Source: a virus
Taxonomy: Duplodnaviria > Caudoviricetes
IMG/VR virus record: IMGVR_UViG_3300021256_001754
Coordinates: 96,001-160,000 of that record
Direction: 5' to 3' (one strand)
Length of the DNA stretch: 64,000 nucleotides
Positions 31,546 to 41,539 of the stretch are shown piece by piece (position 1 is the first letter of the stretch; each line of letters starts with the position of its first letter). The position numbers and the translations under genes are program-made. The notes below the pieces were generated by a model. That model saw only the letters and a list, made by a program, of their open reading frames with translations, ran no database searches and had not been told where the DNA came from.

Positions 31546-32940
31546 ATGTCTACAAACGTCAGAACTAAAACGTATGCTGATACGTTTATTTTTTCTGTTG
31601 CAGATGGTTCTACTGATCATGAATTACAAAAAGCTATAGTAGAATTTGTACATGAAGCAGATAGAATCATTCCAGTAGATCCTTCATTTAAGGCTGTTGC
31701 TGATCAGATTAAACTTAGACAGACTACAACTGTTCTCTATAAGATTCTTATGAGAAGGGATATTGTTCTTTGCTCTTATAAAAAAGAAATGCCTGCTACA
31801 ATGAAAGTATTTGCTGCAAAGGATATCAAACTTGATAAGAAGAGAAGAATCTTTATAGACTGTACTAATTTAATCCATATGGAGAATGGATACTGGGTAT
31901 GTAATGAGATAGATAAACTCTGCTCGTATCTATTCGGTGCAATGATCAATCTCTTATACCATGCAAATACCGATAAGATTACATCTAATTCATCTATAGT
32001 AAAATCTTCTACTCAGTGTTTCATAAAGATGTTTACCGGTATATTAAACAATCTTCGTACTATCAATTTCGCTGAAAATAGACTGAAGATAAGTTATATA
32101 TGTGCTGTATATTATCTATACTCAGTTATGGGTAAAGATATCAATTATGCACGTTCTGCAGCTGTTGGTGCTATGAAATTATCACCACGTGAATCTCAGG
32201 CTTATGATATCTATTATGATGCAGATAAAGACTTTATAAATATCGATACATTTATAAAGTGTATTACCAATACATTCAATCTTAAAGATATGACTACAGA
32301 TGTCTATATAAATAGATGGAGTTTTGTATATGGTAAAGGTACAATGTATGGAACAGAATATCTACCGGCATTCTTAGATATACTGGCATATGCTTTTGTA
32401 GGAGCTTATCTAAACAATCAGAAATCTATAGAAACAATGTGTAGATCAGATATGGTTGAATGCGCTACAACTCTTCTTAAAGTAGGTTCAGATACTTTAA
32501 ATAGTGGAGAGAAATTAACTCTTGAAACTGCTTTACAGAATAGAGTAACAGAGAAATCATATTTGAGTGAAGCTCAGATTGATATCATATTAGAAGGAGA
32601 TTCTGTTGGTTTGAAACTTGCTAGAAATGCTGTTGTATTTGGTATGTCTAGACCAGCATCTGCATTGGCTACTGTAGCTGTAGTTAAAAAGGAAGTAAAA
32701 CAGATACTGAATTCTACAGATACTGTAACTGAGAAGAGATCTAGATTGACAAAACTTAGAACGGGTTTAAGAAAAGGTGCTGCATATAGAATGAAGCATG
32801 GTAATATTGTACCTGTAGTAGACAAAGCACTTAAGAAATCCTTATATGATAAAGTAGATAAGATATGTACAGATGCTATAGAGTCTTTAGTAGAATCTGT
32901 AGATATACCACAACCTAAATTTGTTCAATCTTGGGATTAA
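31546..32940 (+). CDS. Probable virion/internal head protein
   Basis: 464 aa, AAGGAG SD; cluster of hxE motifs (TLET, LSEA, ILEG, LVES) toward C-terminus. Confidence 0.5.
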   Translation: MSTNVRTKTYADTFIFSVADGSTDHELQKAIVEFVHEADRIIPVDPSFKAVADQIKLRQTTTVLYKILMRRDIVLCSYKKEMPATMKVFAAKDIKLDKKRRIFIDCTNLIHMENGYWVCNEIDKLCSYLFGAMINLLYHANTDKITSNSSIVKSSTQCFIKMFTGILNNLRTINFAENRLKISYICAVYYLYSVMGKDINYARSAAVGAMKLSPRESQAYDIYYDADKDFINIDTFIKCITNTFNLKDMTTDVYINRWSFVYGKGTMYGTEYLPAFLDILAYAFVGAYLNNQKSIETMCRSDMVECATTLLKVGSDTLNSGEKLTLETALQNRVTEKSYLSEAQIDIILEGDSVGLKLARNAVVFGMSRPASALATVAVVKKEVKQILNSTDTVTEKRSRLTKLRTGLRKGAAYRMKHGNIVPVVDKALKKSLYDKVDKICTDAIESLVESVDIPQPKFVQSWD

Positions 32941-33005
32941 AATAAAAGCTGGGGATTGCAGAATCCCCAGCATATTTTATCAAACCATATTGCTAATACC
33001 ATTTT

Positions 33006-33266
33006 GATGAACTACATTACTCATCTGTCGCTAGAGCGTTAGGAAATTTTGGTGAAGCATCGTTAACTGACAACCAAGGAATAAATTTGCTGTATAGAGA
33101 CGTTATAGTACTAAATGTAAGTACAAATGATAGTCTAAACACGATATGCATACCTTATTACTATGGTAGTGGAAGTTGGGGAGTTCAAGTCAAGCAATTA
33201 GTAGGAGGAGATTATGCGACAGGTACAATTACTATAGATACATTATATACAAATAGAAAGTGGTAG
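33006..33266 (+). other. Start-less tip cassette G (DELHYSSVARALGNFGEASL...GSWGVQVKQL...TLYTNRKW*)
   Basis: TAA-TAC-CAT-TTT-GAT-GAA; 86 open codons without ATG; lies between two terminators; missing from ORF track. Confidence 0.75.
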
Positions 33267-33311
33267 AACTAATAAAATTTTAGGACTAGGGAATTATCCC
33301 TAGTCCTATTT

Positions 33312-33596
33312 TTATTCATTTGTAATTGGCTGATTCCAAATTTTTTCTAAATCTTTTATTCCAAACGGTATTTTGATAGAATTATTTTCTTTATAATCTG
33401 TCACATAAATATTGTCATCTTCAACTTTAAGTTTAGGTGGTTTATCGTCCAAACATAAAGATTTTAATTCCTCTACAGATATACCTGTATTTATGGAAAC
33501 GCAAGACTGATCTTTTGGAATAATATGAAGAGTTGGTAAACATGGATTCATAACAGATCTTATAGAGTCAGTCAAAATAATATCGCTTAATTTCAT
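33312..33596 (-). CDS. Hypothetical protein
   Basis: 94 aa, coupled by TAATG overlap. Confidence 0.65.
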   Translation of the reverse strand: MKLSDIILTDSIRSVMNPCLPTLHIIPKDQSCVSINTGISVEELKSLCLDDKPPKLKVEDDNIYVTDYKENNSIKIPFGIKDLEKIWNQPITNE

Positions 33597-34054
33597 TATA
33601 TAATCCTCCTTATAGCTTTACTTTCTTTATTTAACAGTTGAAATCCTAAGATTTTTTCTATTTCAAAAATATTATGAGTATCTTTCAATTTACCTGCTAC
33701 AAATTTACCTGCTACAAATAAGCCAGCTCTGCAATTATCAAGTTCATTATTACCGAAATAACTATTATACATATTAGCTGTAATTTTAACGGTAACAAAT
33801 TCGGTGTTAAAAAATAATACTTCTCCTATTATATTCTCAATAGGAACCACACCGTAATCTGGTGAATCTACAAATAGAGGCATTCCTCCATTTTTAACAA
33901 CTTCTTTTGTATATTCAGATTTCATAGCTTTTATAAATGAATCTTTATCCATTATGATTCCATTTATATTTGGCTCACCAAGCTTTGTTATTAGTGGTAT
34001 TTTTATAATATTTTCTTCATCTTCTGTTTGCTTTACTTTTTCTTCATTGTCCAT
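33596..34054 (-). CDS. Tandem paralog family member (prohead-protease-like fold?)
   Basis: GEPNINGIIMDKDSFIKAM...PLFVDSP...IFEIEKILGFQL. Confidence 0.75.
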   Translation of the reverse strand: MDNEEKVKQTEDEENIIKIPLITKLGEPNINGIIMDKDSFIKAMKSEYTKEVVKNGGMPLFVDSPDYGVVPIENIIGEVLFFNTEFVTVKITANMYNSYFGNNELDNCRAGLFVAGKFVAGKLKDTHNIFEIEKILGFQLLNKESKAIRRII

Positions 34055-34476
34055 TATATAATCCTCCTTATAGGTATACCATATTTTTTAATTGTCAACT
34101 GAAACCCTAAGATTTTTTCTATTTCAAAAATATTAGGAACATCTCTCATTTTACCTTCTACAAGCAAACCAGCTCCATAATAATCACGTTTAGGATTGTC
34201 ATGATATGTATTATATGTATCAGCTGACATTTTAACAGTAACAGATTCAGTGTCAAAAAACAATACTTCTCCTATTGTATTCTCAATAACCGCAGTATAG
34301 TCATTTATAGGAAAATCTACAAATAGAGGCATTGTTCCATTTTTAATAGCTTCTTTTGTAAATTCGGAGTCCATAGCTTTTATAAATGAATCTCTGTCGA
34401 ATATAACTCCATTTATATTTGGTTCACCCGGTTTTGATATTAGTGGTATTTTTACAATCTTTTCTTCATTGTCCAT
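34054..34476 (-). CDS. Tandem paralog family member
   Basis: High aa and nt similarity to neighbours. Confidence 0.75.
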   Translation of the reverse strand: MDNEEKIVKIPLISKPGEPNINGVIFDRDSFIKAMDSEFTKEAIKNGTMPLFVDFPINDYTAVIENTIGEVLFFDTESVTVKMSADTYNTYHDNPKRDYYGAGLLVEGKMRDVPNIFEIEKILGFQLTIKKYGIPIRRII

Positions 34477-34913
34477 TATATAATCTTCCTTACAATAGAT
34501 TTACCTTCTTTTATAATTATCAACTGAAATCCTAAGATCTTTTCTATTTCAAAAATATTATGAGCATCTTTCATTTTATGTGCTTTTGTAAATAAATCAG
34601 CTCTGTAATAATTAAGCTCATGATCGCATAAATAAGTATTATACATATCAGTTGTCATTTTAACAGTAATAGATTCAGTATCAAAAGATATCACTTTTCC
34701 TATTGTATTTTCAACAGGAATAGTATTATTTATAGGAGAATCTACAAATAGAGGTATTCCTCCATTTTTATCAGCTACTTGTCTATCCATAGCTTTTATA
34801 AATGAATCTTTATCGATTATATATCCATTTATATTTGGCTCGCCAATTAACGGTATTGGTAATTTTACAATAGTATCATTACCAATTTGTTTTACTTTTT
34901 CTTCATTGTTCAT
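34476..34913 (-). CDS. Tandem paralog family member
   Basis: High aa and nt similarity to neighbours. Confidence 0.75.
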   Translation of the reverse strand: MNNEEKVKQIGNDTIVKLPIPLIGEPNINGYIIDKDSFIKAMDRQVADKNGGIPLFVDSPINNTIPVENTIGKVISFDTESITVKMTTDMYNTYLCDHELNYYRADLFTKAHKMKDAHNIFEIEKILGFQLIIIKEGKSIVRKII

Positions 34914-34981
34914 ATTTACCTCATTAAAGATTTAGCTAGAAATTCAACATATTCTTCTTCTCGTGAAGTGACAGCAGAATA

Positions 34982-35416
34982 TTATACAGTTTTACGATTT
35001 TTAGCAGCTATACCAGTTAATAGCTGAAATTCGATAATATTTTTAATAGCAAAGGTATTTACATTTTTATCCTGAGATCCAACAAATTCACCAAAGCCTA
35101 AAATGCCAGCTTTTATTTTAGAAGTATTTTCAAAAGGTTTTATATATAGATTATATTTATCTTCTGTCGTCTCTACTTTAATATGATCTTCTGTCCACCC
35201 TACAACTTTTCCTATCCAATCTTCTATAGGAACATATTTCTGTTTAAAATAATTACTATTAAGAGTTAGAGGAAGACCGATATTAGTTTTAAATACTTCT
35301 TTTATACGTTCAGATTCCATAACCTTTTTATATGATTCCGGTTCGAAGAATATACCATTCACATTGACATCTTTACCAGGTCTAGTAATAGGTATATACG
35401 TAATCTTCTTATCCAT
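34982..35416 (-). CDS. Diverged paralog family member
   Basis: NVNGIFFEPESYKK...VPIEDWIGKV...KAGILG...IIEFQLL. Confidence 0.7.
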   Translation of the reverse strand: MDKKITYIPITRPGKDVNVNGIFFEPESYKKVMESERIKEVFKTNIGLPLTLNSNYFKQKYVPIEDWIGKVVGWTEDHIKVETTEDKYNLYIKPFENTSKIKAGILGFGEFVGSQDKNVNTFAIKNIIEFQLLTGIAAKNRKTV

Positions 35417-35426
35417 AAACTACCTC

Positions 35427-35759
35427 TCATTCTTTATTCTCGTCACGCATAAACTTACCATTATTACATTCTTTAAAATAATCTACACAATTTTCGTATC
35501 CATAGTTCTTAGGATCTATCTCTTTATCAGCTACACAAGATCCACCATAATGAATAGCTCCAGAACTAGAAGCTCTAAAGTTAGAACACTTTCCACAATA
35601 GTGTTTTTGGTCGTATTCTTTTATATCACGTTTTAAACTTGTTAAACATTCTCTACAAAGAGGTATAGTTATACTGTCTATTTCTAAAACAGCTATAGTA
35701 GTATTACCACAGCTATCATAATCTTTATCATCGTAATCCGGTCCTCTAAAACGTAGCAT
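35427..35759 (-). CDS. Cys-rich hypothetical protein
   Basis: CREC, CGKC; ATG 35759 after GGAGG. Confidence 0.65.
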   Translation of the reverse strand: MLRFRGPDYDDKDYDSCGNTTIAVLEIDSITIPLCRECLTSLKRDIKEYDQKHYCGKCSNFRASSSGAIHYGGSCVADKEIDPKNYGYENCVDYFKECNNGKFMRDENKE

Positions 35760-35786
35760 ATAAACCTCCTCCAATTTAATTTATAT

Positions 35787-36113
35787 TTACTCCTTAGATC
35801 TCTTTTCTATAACATAGGATTCTATTTTATCGTCATATTTTATATGAAGAAAATCCATCAGTTTTGCCATACATTCTTCACATAATTCAAAATACGGCTC
35901 AACTATTGGAATCTCCTCATCCAAAGCATGATTATAAGGACCATTTAAGCTGCGTATCTTGACAGCAGATATATAATTAGATTCTATAGGAGTACCAGAT
36001 TCAGTATCCCAAATATAAATACCTTCATCTGTTCTAGTTGCTTTGCTTCCACAATGTCTACAAATTAATCTTGCCATATAATTCACCTCATTCTTCTTTC
36101 TATCTTTCTTCAT
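35787..36113 (-). CDS. Zn-finger-like hypothetical protein
   Basis: CRHC...LCEEC. Confidence 0.65.
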   Translation of the reverse strand: MKKDRKKNEVNYMARLICRHCGSKATRTDEGIYIWDTESGTPIESNYISAVKIRSLNGPYNHALDEEIPIVEPYFELCEECMAKLMDFLHIKYDDKIESYVIEKRSKE

Positions 36114-36579
36114 AAGTTTGACCTAATTTAAAGATAATATCAACTAGAGGTCTATGCTGAGCATCATATAACTGATATCCGGATATACTATAGACATCTG
36201 ATACGCAATCTAAACCTTCCATATGTTCAATATATGCTCCAAATACTCCAGCAGAACATTTGTCCTCATTAGTTTCAATATATTCAAGTATCTCTTTATC
36301 TAATCTAGGATCAAGACGTACTTTGATATATTCTTTATCTACACAATATACAACTCCTAATTTATATTTCCTTATAAATTCTGCATCCAAAGAATCGCAA
36401 TTATTAGCATATAAATATACAAATCCTCTATTTACAATTTCTATAAACTTATTATCAGATATAAGTTTTTCATAACTAGATCTAGAAATAATTCTACCAG
36501 TAAAAGGATTCATAGTATCTAAAAATTTTGAAGTAGGAATTGTTACCAAATGATATTCCTTCTTGTCATCTTCATTCAT
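36100..36579 (-). CDS. Distant paralog family member
   Basis: MNPFTGRIISRSSY...KYKLGVVY...AGVFGA...GYQLYD; close to 37889. Confidence 0.7.
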   Translation of the reverse strand: MNEDDKKEYHLVTIPTSKFLDTMNPFTGRIISRSSYEKLISDNKFIEIVNRGFVYLYANNCDSLDAEFIRKYKLGVVYCVDKEYIKVRLDPRLDKEILEYIETNEDKCSAGVFGAYIEHMEGLDCVSDVYSISGYQLYDAQHRPLVDIIFKLGQTYEER

Positions 36580-36601
36580 AATATTTTACTCCAATAATCT
36601 T

Positions 36602-36925
36602 TTATAATTCAACTCTAAGATTAACTATAGCTTTAGATAAATATTCTTTATATTCGTCTTCTGAAATTTCTTCGATATATCCGTTATAACAAACAGAATT
36701 GACTATATCTATAGATGTATCTTTTCCCATCTTACATCTAAATTTAAGTTCTTTGCCACATCTAGGGCATTTTATTATAGCATCAGATGGAGTATATGGG
36801 GTTCTATAATTAATAATATCGAAATCGTCTTTAAATATAGAAACAAACGAACAGCAATCTGTATGCTTTATTTTATAAAATTTATAAGTTTCTTTTTTGT
36901 CATACAATTCTACGATAGCCCGCAT
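36602..36925 (-). CDS. Zn-ribbon hypothetical protein
   Basis: CC...KCPRCG; ATG 36925 after AGGAGG. Confidence 0.65.
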   Translation of the reverse strand: MRAIVELYDKKETYKFYKIKHTDCCSFVSIFKDDFDIINYRTPYTPSDAIIKCPRCGKELKFRCKMGKDTSIDIVNSVCYNGYIEEISEDEYKEYLSKAIVNLRVEL

Positions 36926-37124
36926 AATAATCACCTCCTGTATAAATAATTTTAACTGAAAGTTGTATAGATAATAAAAATTCATTATCGTAAAAATAAG
37001 AATAAATGGAATAGCTTTATGCTACTCCTTTTTATTTTTGTAAATTAAATAAATAATAGAGGTGGAAGAAATTCCACCTCTTTATTTTATAGAAGATCCA
37101 TTGATATAGATTTGAGTGTCTACT

Positions 37125-37457
37125 GATGACATACAATATTATAGTGTTCATACATATAACAGCGAATACGGTGGAAGCATTCATGCTTTTAGAACAATGA
37201 AAATGGTGACATTATATGGTGTAGATTTGGGAAGCACATCAGCTCCACCCGAAAACACAGATTGGCTTATTCAAACATTAGATGAAATATATCGTCCTAT
37301 ATTTTCTGTACATTGTTTAGGTTTAACTTCAGAAATAATTTCATATGATCATTTGATAACTGTAACCATAAACACAGATGGTGTTATTTCGACATATACA
37401 TATGATATATATTCTAGAATTGTTTTGAGTTTCTGTGCATCATATATCGTAAATTAA
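37125..37457 (+). other. Start-less tip cassette H (DDIQYYSVH...FRTMKMVTL...IYRP...TINTDGVI...CASYIVN*)
   Basis: TGA-GTG-TCT-ACT-GAT-GAC; R....VTL...L....RP.....I..DG.I pattern of phage fibre C-terminal domains; followed by A15. Confidence 0.75.
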
Positions 37458-37507
37458 AAAAAAAAAAAAAGAAGAACAAAAATAAAATACAACAGTTCTT
37501 AAATATA

Positions 37508-37547
37508 AAAATATTCCCAGTAGGTGTTATCCTACTGGGAATATTTT
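37508..37547. terminator. Terminator (CCCAGTAGG family)
   Basis: 17-bp stem. Confidence 0.85.
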
Positions 37548-37872
37548 AATGTAATTTGACAAGTGTACCTGCTCTATAACCACTGTCTGTAATTTCTATA
37601 CCTTCAGAATTATCATCTTTATCAAATTCCCAAAATACCATTTTATATTCGAGATTTTTATAAAAACCTAACTGTTCCGGAATTTTATCCACTATGGTAT
37701 TAATTACAGACTTTTCTCCAGCATAATCTAAGTACTTTTTATCACCTTTTATAATTGGATCTGTGTTATAAATACTCTCATAGAAATCTTTCTTCTCAGA
37801 TTCAGGTAATTTAGTTGCGTCAAGAAATAATCTATGATCTTCACACAGCCATAGATAACTATCACTTTCCAT
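37546..37872 (-). CDS. Hypothetical protein
   Basis: 108 aa, GGAG SD. Confidence 0.7.
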   Translation of the reverse strand: MESDSYLWLCEDHRLFLDATKLPESEKKDFYESIYNTDPIIKGDKKYLDYAGEKSVINTIVDKIPEQLGFYKNLEYKMVFWEFDKDDNSEGIEITDSGYRAGTLVKLH

Positions 37873-37888
37873 GTTTCTCCATTATTTA

Positions 37889-38440
37889 TCAATTATCGTT
37901 CTTATCATTTGATTCGTATTCTTTATATCTCTTGCATCTTTCTTCAAAAGTTTCACCTAATTTGAATATCAGATCTATAGGAGGTCTATACTGTTCATCG
38001 TATAACTGATATCCAAGTATAAAAGTAACGTCTACTTTCGGATCTTCTCCCATAGGATTCGTAGAAGCACCAAATATACCAGCATAAGAATTAGCAGCAT
38101 TCTTCTTGATATATTCAATAATCTCTTTATCTAAATGCTGGCATAAACAAACAGAAATCTCTGATTCATTAGCCTCATATACTATTCCTAATCTATACTT
38201 AGCTATAAAATCAGAACTGATAAAACAATCCTTAACAGTACCATCCTCATTATAAGGAGAGCACTTATTTATATACAGTCCAATATTTCCAGCATTCATA
38301 TTGCTAATAAATTCATCTGACTTAATATACTCCAGATAACTATGCTTGGAAACAATGCATCCGGTATAAGGATTCATTTTGTCAAATAATTTTGATGTAG
38401 GTATTTTTACAATAAAGTCTTCAATTGGTTTTTCGTTCAT
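37889..38440 (-). CDS. Distant paralog family member
   Basis: Clear paralog of 36100..36579. Confidence 0.7.
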   Translation of the reverse strand: MNEKPIEDFIVKIPTSKLFDKMNPYTGCIVSKHSYLEYIKSDEFISNMNAGNIGLYINKCSPYNEDGTVKDCFISSDFIAKYRLGIVYEANESEISVCLCQHLDKEIIEYIKKNAANSYAGIFGASTNPMGEDPKVDVTFILGYQLYDEQYRPPIDLIFKLGETFEERCKRYKEYESNDKNDN

Positions 38441-38514
38441 AATTTTATTTCTCCTTAATTGTTAATTATTATAGAATTGTGAAAATGATACTATACTTTT
38501 ACAAATAAGTTTTT

Positions 38515-38664
38515 GATGAAATTTTCAATTTTAAATATGAAAAAATTGCTCCTAATGTGTGGGGATATTATGTCGAGTTTCCCAATGGTTCTGGATTGGC
38601 TATATCAGATTATGGTAAGGTAATGTATAAAAATTTGGTACATAGCGAATGGATAGATGTTTGA
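38515..38664 (+). other. Short start-less cassette I (DEIFNFKYEKIAPNVWGYYVEFPNGSGLAISDYGKVMYKNLVHSEWIDV*)
   Basis: TAA-GTT-TTT-GAT-GAA; 49 open codons. Confidence 0.6.
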
Positions 38665-38790
38665 TTGATAAATTTGTTTAGTTTTATAATATATTCTTCT
38701 ACATTTTTATAGATATAACATTATGGTAATATACACATATAGAGATAAAAATATCTTTATAAAATCTAAATTACCGAAAGGAGATTTATT

Positions 38791-39003
38791 ATGCCAAACC
38801 CAAACATCAAAGTAAATCCTGAAGACATTGTTACAGGTAAGATCAAAACAAATGCAGAGCCGCCTAAGGTTGATATGCCGGGTTCAGAAAATCCTGATAT
38901 CGTTACAAATAAGGTGAAGGTTAAGGCTACAAACGAGCCGGATATGAGCGCTACCGATACAACAGTTGATCCTAACGCTCCTGGATACGCTCCAAAGCAG
39001 TAA
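38791..39003 (+). CDS. Small Pro/acidic protein with internal duplication
   Basis: NPEDIVTGKIK / NPDIVTNKVK; AAGGAG SD; late-type promoter at 38718. Confidence 0.7.
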   Translation: MPNPNIKVNPEDIVTGKIKTNAEPPKVDMPGSENPDIVTNKVKVKATNEPDMSATDTTVDPNAPGYAPKQ

Positions 39004-39085
39004 AACATAAGCAGCGCATTTCTATACACATTATTGATCCAAAAAAAAAATAGACTCTTAGGCTAAAATGCCTAAGAGCTTATTT

Positions 39086-39442
39086 TTATTTGTTATTAAT
39101 TTTATTAACAAAATTTCCTAATAAAGAGCAGCGTGTTCTACCTATATACTTAAGCATTTCAATTTTATCTATACAATATCTACCAAGTCTAATTGATATA
39201 ATTAATACTATATAAGCAAATACATGTGGCACTATAAATGATTCTATAGATAAAATGATATCGCTAGTAATCACATATTTAATTAATATAGATACTATAC
39301 TTATAACATACCCTACAGTTGCTAACGGCATCAAATCGATTGATAATTTAAGCATCCATATATAACGTTTTAATTGTTTTAACTCCTTTAAAGACAAATA
39401 GTGCATATATTTAGTATCATAGTTTTTATTATTCGTATTCAT
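39086..39442 (-). CDS. Two-TM membrane protein, paralog of 39469
   Basis: Shared IKY.IT.DI.LSI.SFIVP..FA.IVL. Confidence 0.7.
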   Translation of the reverse strand: MNTNNKNYDTKYMHYLSLKELKQLKRYIWMLKLSIDLMPLATVGYVISIVSILIKYVITSDIILSIESFIVPHVFAYIVLIISIRLGRYCIDKIEMLKYIGRTRCSLLGNFVNKINNK

Positions 39443-39468
39443 ATTTCTCCTTTATATAAATTATTTTT

Positions 39469-39849
39469 TTATTTACTATTATTTTCTCTCAAATATCTTG
39501 TTTTAGCTATATCTTCAATTGCCTTAATTTTATCCATACTATATCTATCAACTTTAAATGATATAAGTAATACTATAAGAGCAAATGATTGTGGTACTAT
39601 AAATGATTGTATAGATAAAGTGATATCATTAGTAATTATATATTTAATTACTATAAACGCTGTAGCTAAAATATATCCTATAATTGATATCAATGATAAT
39701 CTGTTTGATAATTCAAGTATACGCAAATAATGTATTAAACGTTCTATCTCCTCTAAAGATAATTGGTCCAAAAGTTGGTCTAGATCCTTTGTTAAAGATG
39801 GTTCCGTAAATTTAGTATCATGATTTTTGTAGTTCATATTCATATTCAT
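39469..39849 (-). CDS. Two-TM membrane protein, paralog of 39086
   Basis: As above; TATATACTATA motif upstream. Confidence 0.7.
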   Translation of the reverse strand: MNMNMNYKNHDTKFTEPSLTKDLDQLLDQLSLEEIERLIHYLRILELSNRLSLISIIGYILATAFIVIKYIITNDITLSIQSFIVPQSFALIVLLISFKVDRYSMDKIKAIEDIAKTRYLRENNSK

Positions 39850-39937
39850 ATTTCTCCTCCAGATAAAATTATTTTATTGTTTTCGTATACATTTTTATAG
39901 TATATATTTATAAATAATAATTCTCTTTTAAACTACT

Positions 39938-40266
39938 GATGATTTAAAAGTTCAAGAATTATCAGTTTCTCTGAATCCCATAAATTCACGTGTAACTATA
40001 AACGAGAGTATTTTTATAAAATTAGCAAGTTATGCATTGCTGAAATAATATTTACAACAAATCAAGCAATATCAGGAATTGTAGTTAATCCTATTTCATT
40101 ATTTGATAGATCTCCTACACCAATTTCGAATACTCATATTACCGCAACTTTTCGTAATGGTGAAAGTGCTCAATGTGTTCTTCTTACGAATGGTAACTTT
40201 ATTTCGCAAAGTACTATATCTAGTGGTACAACATCTTATGTACATTATGTATACATATTGTCGTAA
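39938..40266 (+). pseudogene. Start-less tip cassette J with a one-base frameshift
   Basis: TAA-ACT-ACT-GAT-GAT; adding one T to the T5 run near 40011 gives DDLKVQEL...SIFYKISKLCIAEI...LLTNGNF...YVYILS*; followed by A10. Confidence 0.7.
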
Positions 40267-40424
40267 AAAAAAAAGAAGTTTCTAATTAACTGATTAACTC
40301 CTAGGGATAAAACTCCCTAGGAGTATTATTTAACATGTATCAAAACTAAAAAATAAAAATATCTTTAAAATATATACTATATTCTTGAAGTATTAAATCT
40401 ATATCAGTAAAAGGAGTAATAAAA

Positions 40425-41006
40425 ATGGGAAATGATACTTTAAACATCCTGATTGTTGTTGATATGCAGAACGATTTTACTTATGGTTCTTTAGCAAATC
40501 AATCAACAGTTGATACTATTCCTGCAATCGTAGAAAAGGTAGAGAAATATCTGAAAGATGATAATGGTAAAATCATATTTACAAAAGATATGCATTTTGA
40601 CTACTATCTCGAATCAGAAGAAGGAAAACATCTTCCTATAAAACATTGTATATTTGGAACAGAAGGTTGGGATCTTGTAGATCCTTTAAAACGTATAGTG
40701 GATAATAATACTATAAAAGATAAGATTATTCAAGTTCCTAAATCTTCATTTGGTGCAATGAAGCTTAAAGATGCTATATATCGTCCTGGTACACATTTTA
40801 TTTATAGCAAAACAAATATAGAGATAGTTGGTACTTGTACTAGCTTATGTGTTATAGCAAATGCATTTATGGCTAAAGCTGCAGCACCTGATGCACATAT
40901 AATTATCGATGCAAAGTGTTGTTCAGATGTAAACGAAGAGAATCATAATAATGCTTTGAAAGTTATGAAGAATGCTCATATGGAAATTATTAATTGGGAG
41001 AAATGA
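40425..41006 (+). CDS. pncA: Nicotinamidase / isochorismatase-family cysteine hydrolase
   Basis: VVDMQNDF, DMH, HCIFGTEGW, KSSFG, GTCTSLCV. Confidence 0.88.
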   Translation: MGNDTLNILIVVDMQNDFTYGSLANQSTVDTIPAIVEKVEKYLKDDNGKIIFTKDMHFDYYLESEEGKHLPIKHCIFGTEGWDLVDPLKRIVDNNTIKDKIIQVPKSSFGAMKLKDAIYRPGTHFIYSKTNIEIVGTCTSLCVIANAFMAKAAAPDAHIIIDAKCCSDVNEENHNNALKVMKNAHMEIINWEK

Positions 41007-41008
41007 TT

Positions 41009-41518
41009 ATGGCACGATTGAAAGATAAAATAAATAATTTATACAACGAGGTTAAAGATAATATAACCACAGAGGATGAAATGATAACCTTTATCAATGA
41101 CTTTACTGATAACTTATCTAAATTGTTCTATATTATAGACAATACTCTTGCTGAAAGTAGTATAGTTAATCCTTTTTATTATCCAGATCCGGCAATAAAT
41201 AACGAAAATAAAGGATTTAGGATGTATTATTACAACAAGTGTATTACTGAAATTCTTTTTGGTAAACTCAATTTCACTAAATTACATATCTTCTCTGTAG
41301 CAATATACAGAAATGCTGATAAGTATTTTCTTGAGATTCGTCAAGATAAACGTCCTGGACATAAAGAAGATGATAAACGCTTTTTTATAGTTGAAGGTGA
41401 AAAATATGAAAAGGCTGATAGTAATATAGATCTACATACAGTATATAATATTCTAAATACAACTTATATGAAATTAAGTATAGAAGCAGATATTAAAATA
41501 ATCGAATTAAAAAAATAA
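41009..41518 (+). CDS. Hypothetical protein
   Basis: ATG after GGGAG; contains IVNPFYY motif. Confidence 0.7.
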   Translation: MARLKDKINNLYNEVKDNITTEDEMITFINDFTDNLSKLFYIIDNTLAESSIVNPFYYPDPAINNENKGFRMYYYNKCITEILFGKLNFTKLHIFSVAIYRNADKYFLEIRQDKRPGHKEDDKRFFIVEGEKYEKADSNIDLHTVYNILNTTYMKLSIEADIKIIELKK

Positions 41519-41539
41519 TAAACAGAAAGGTGAATCACA

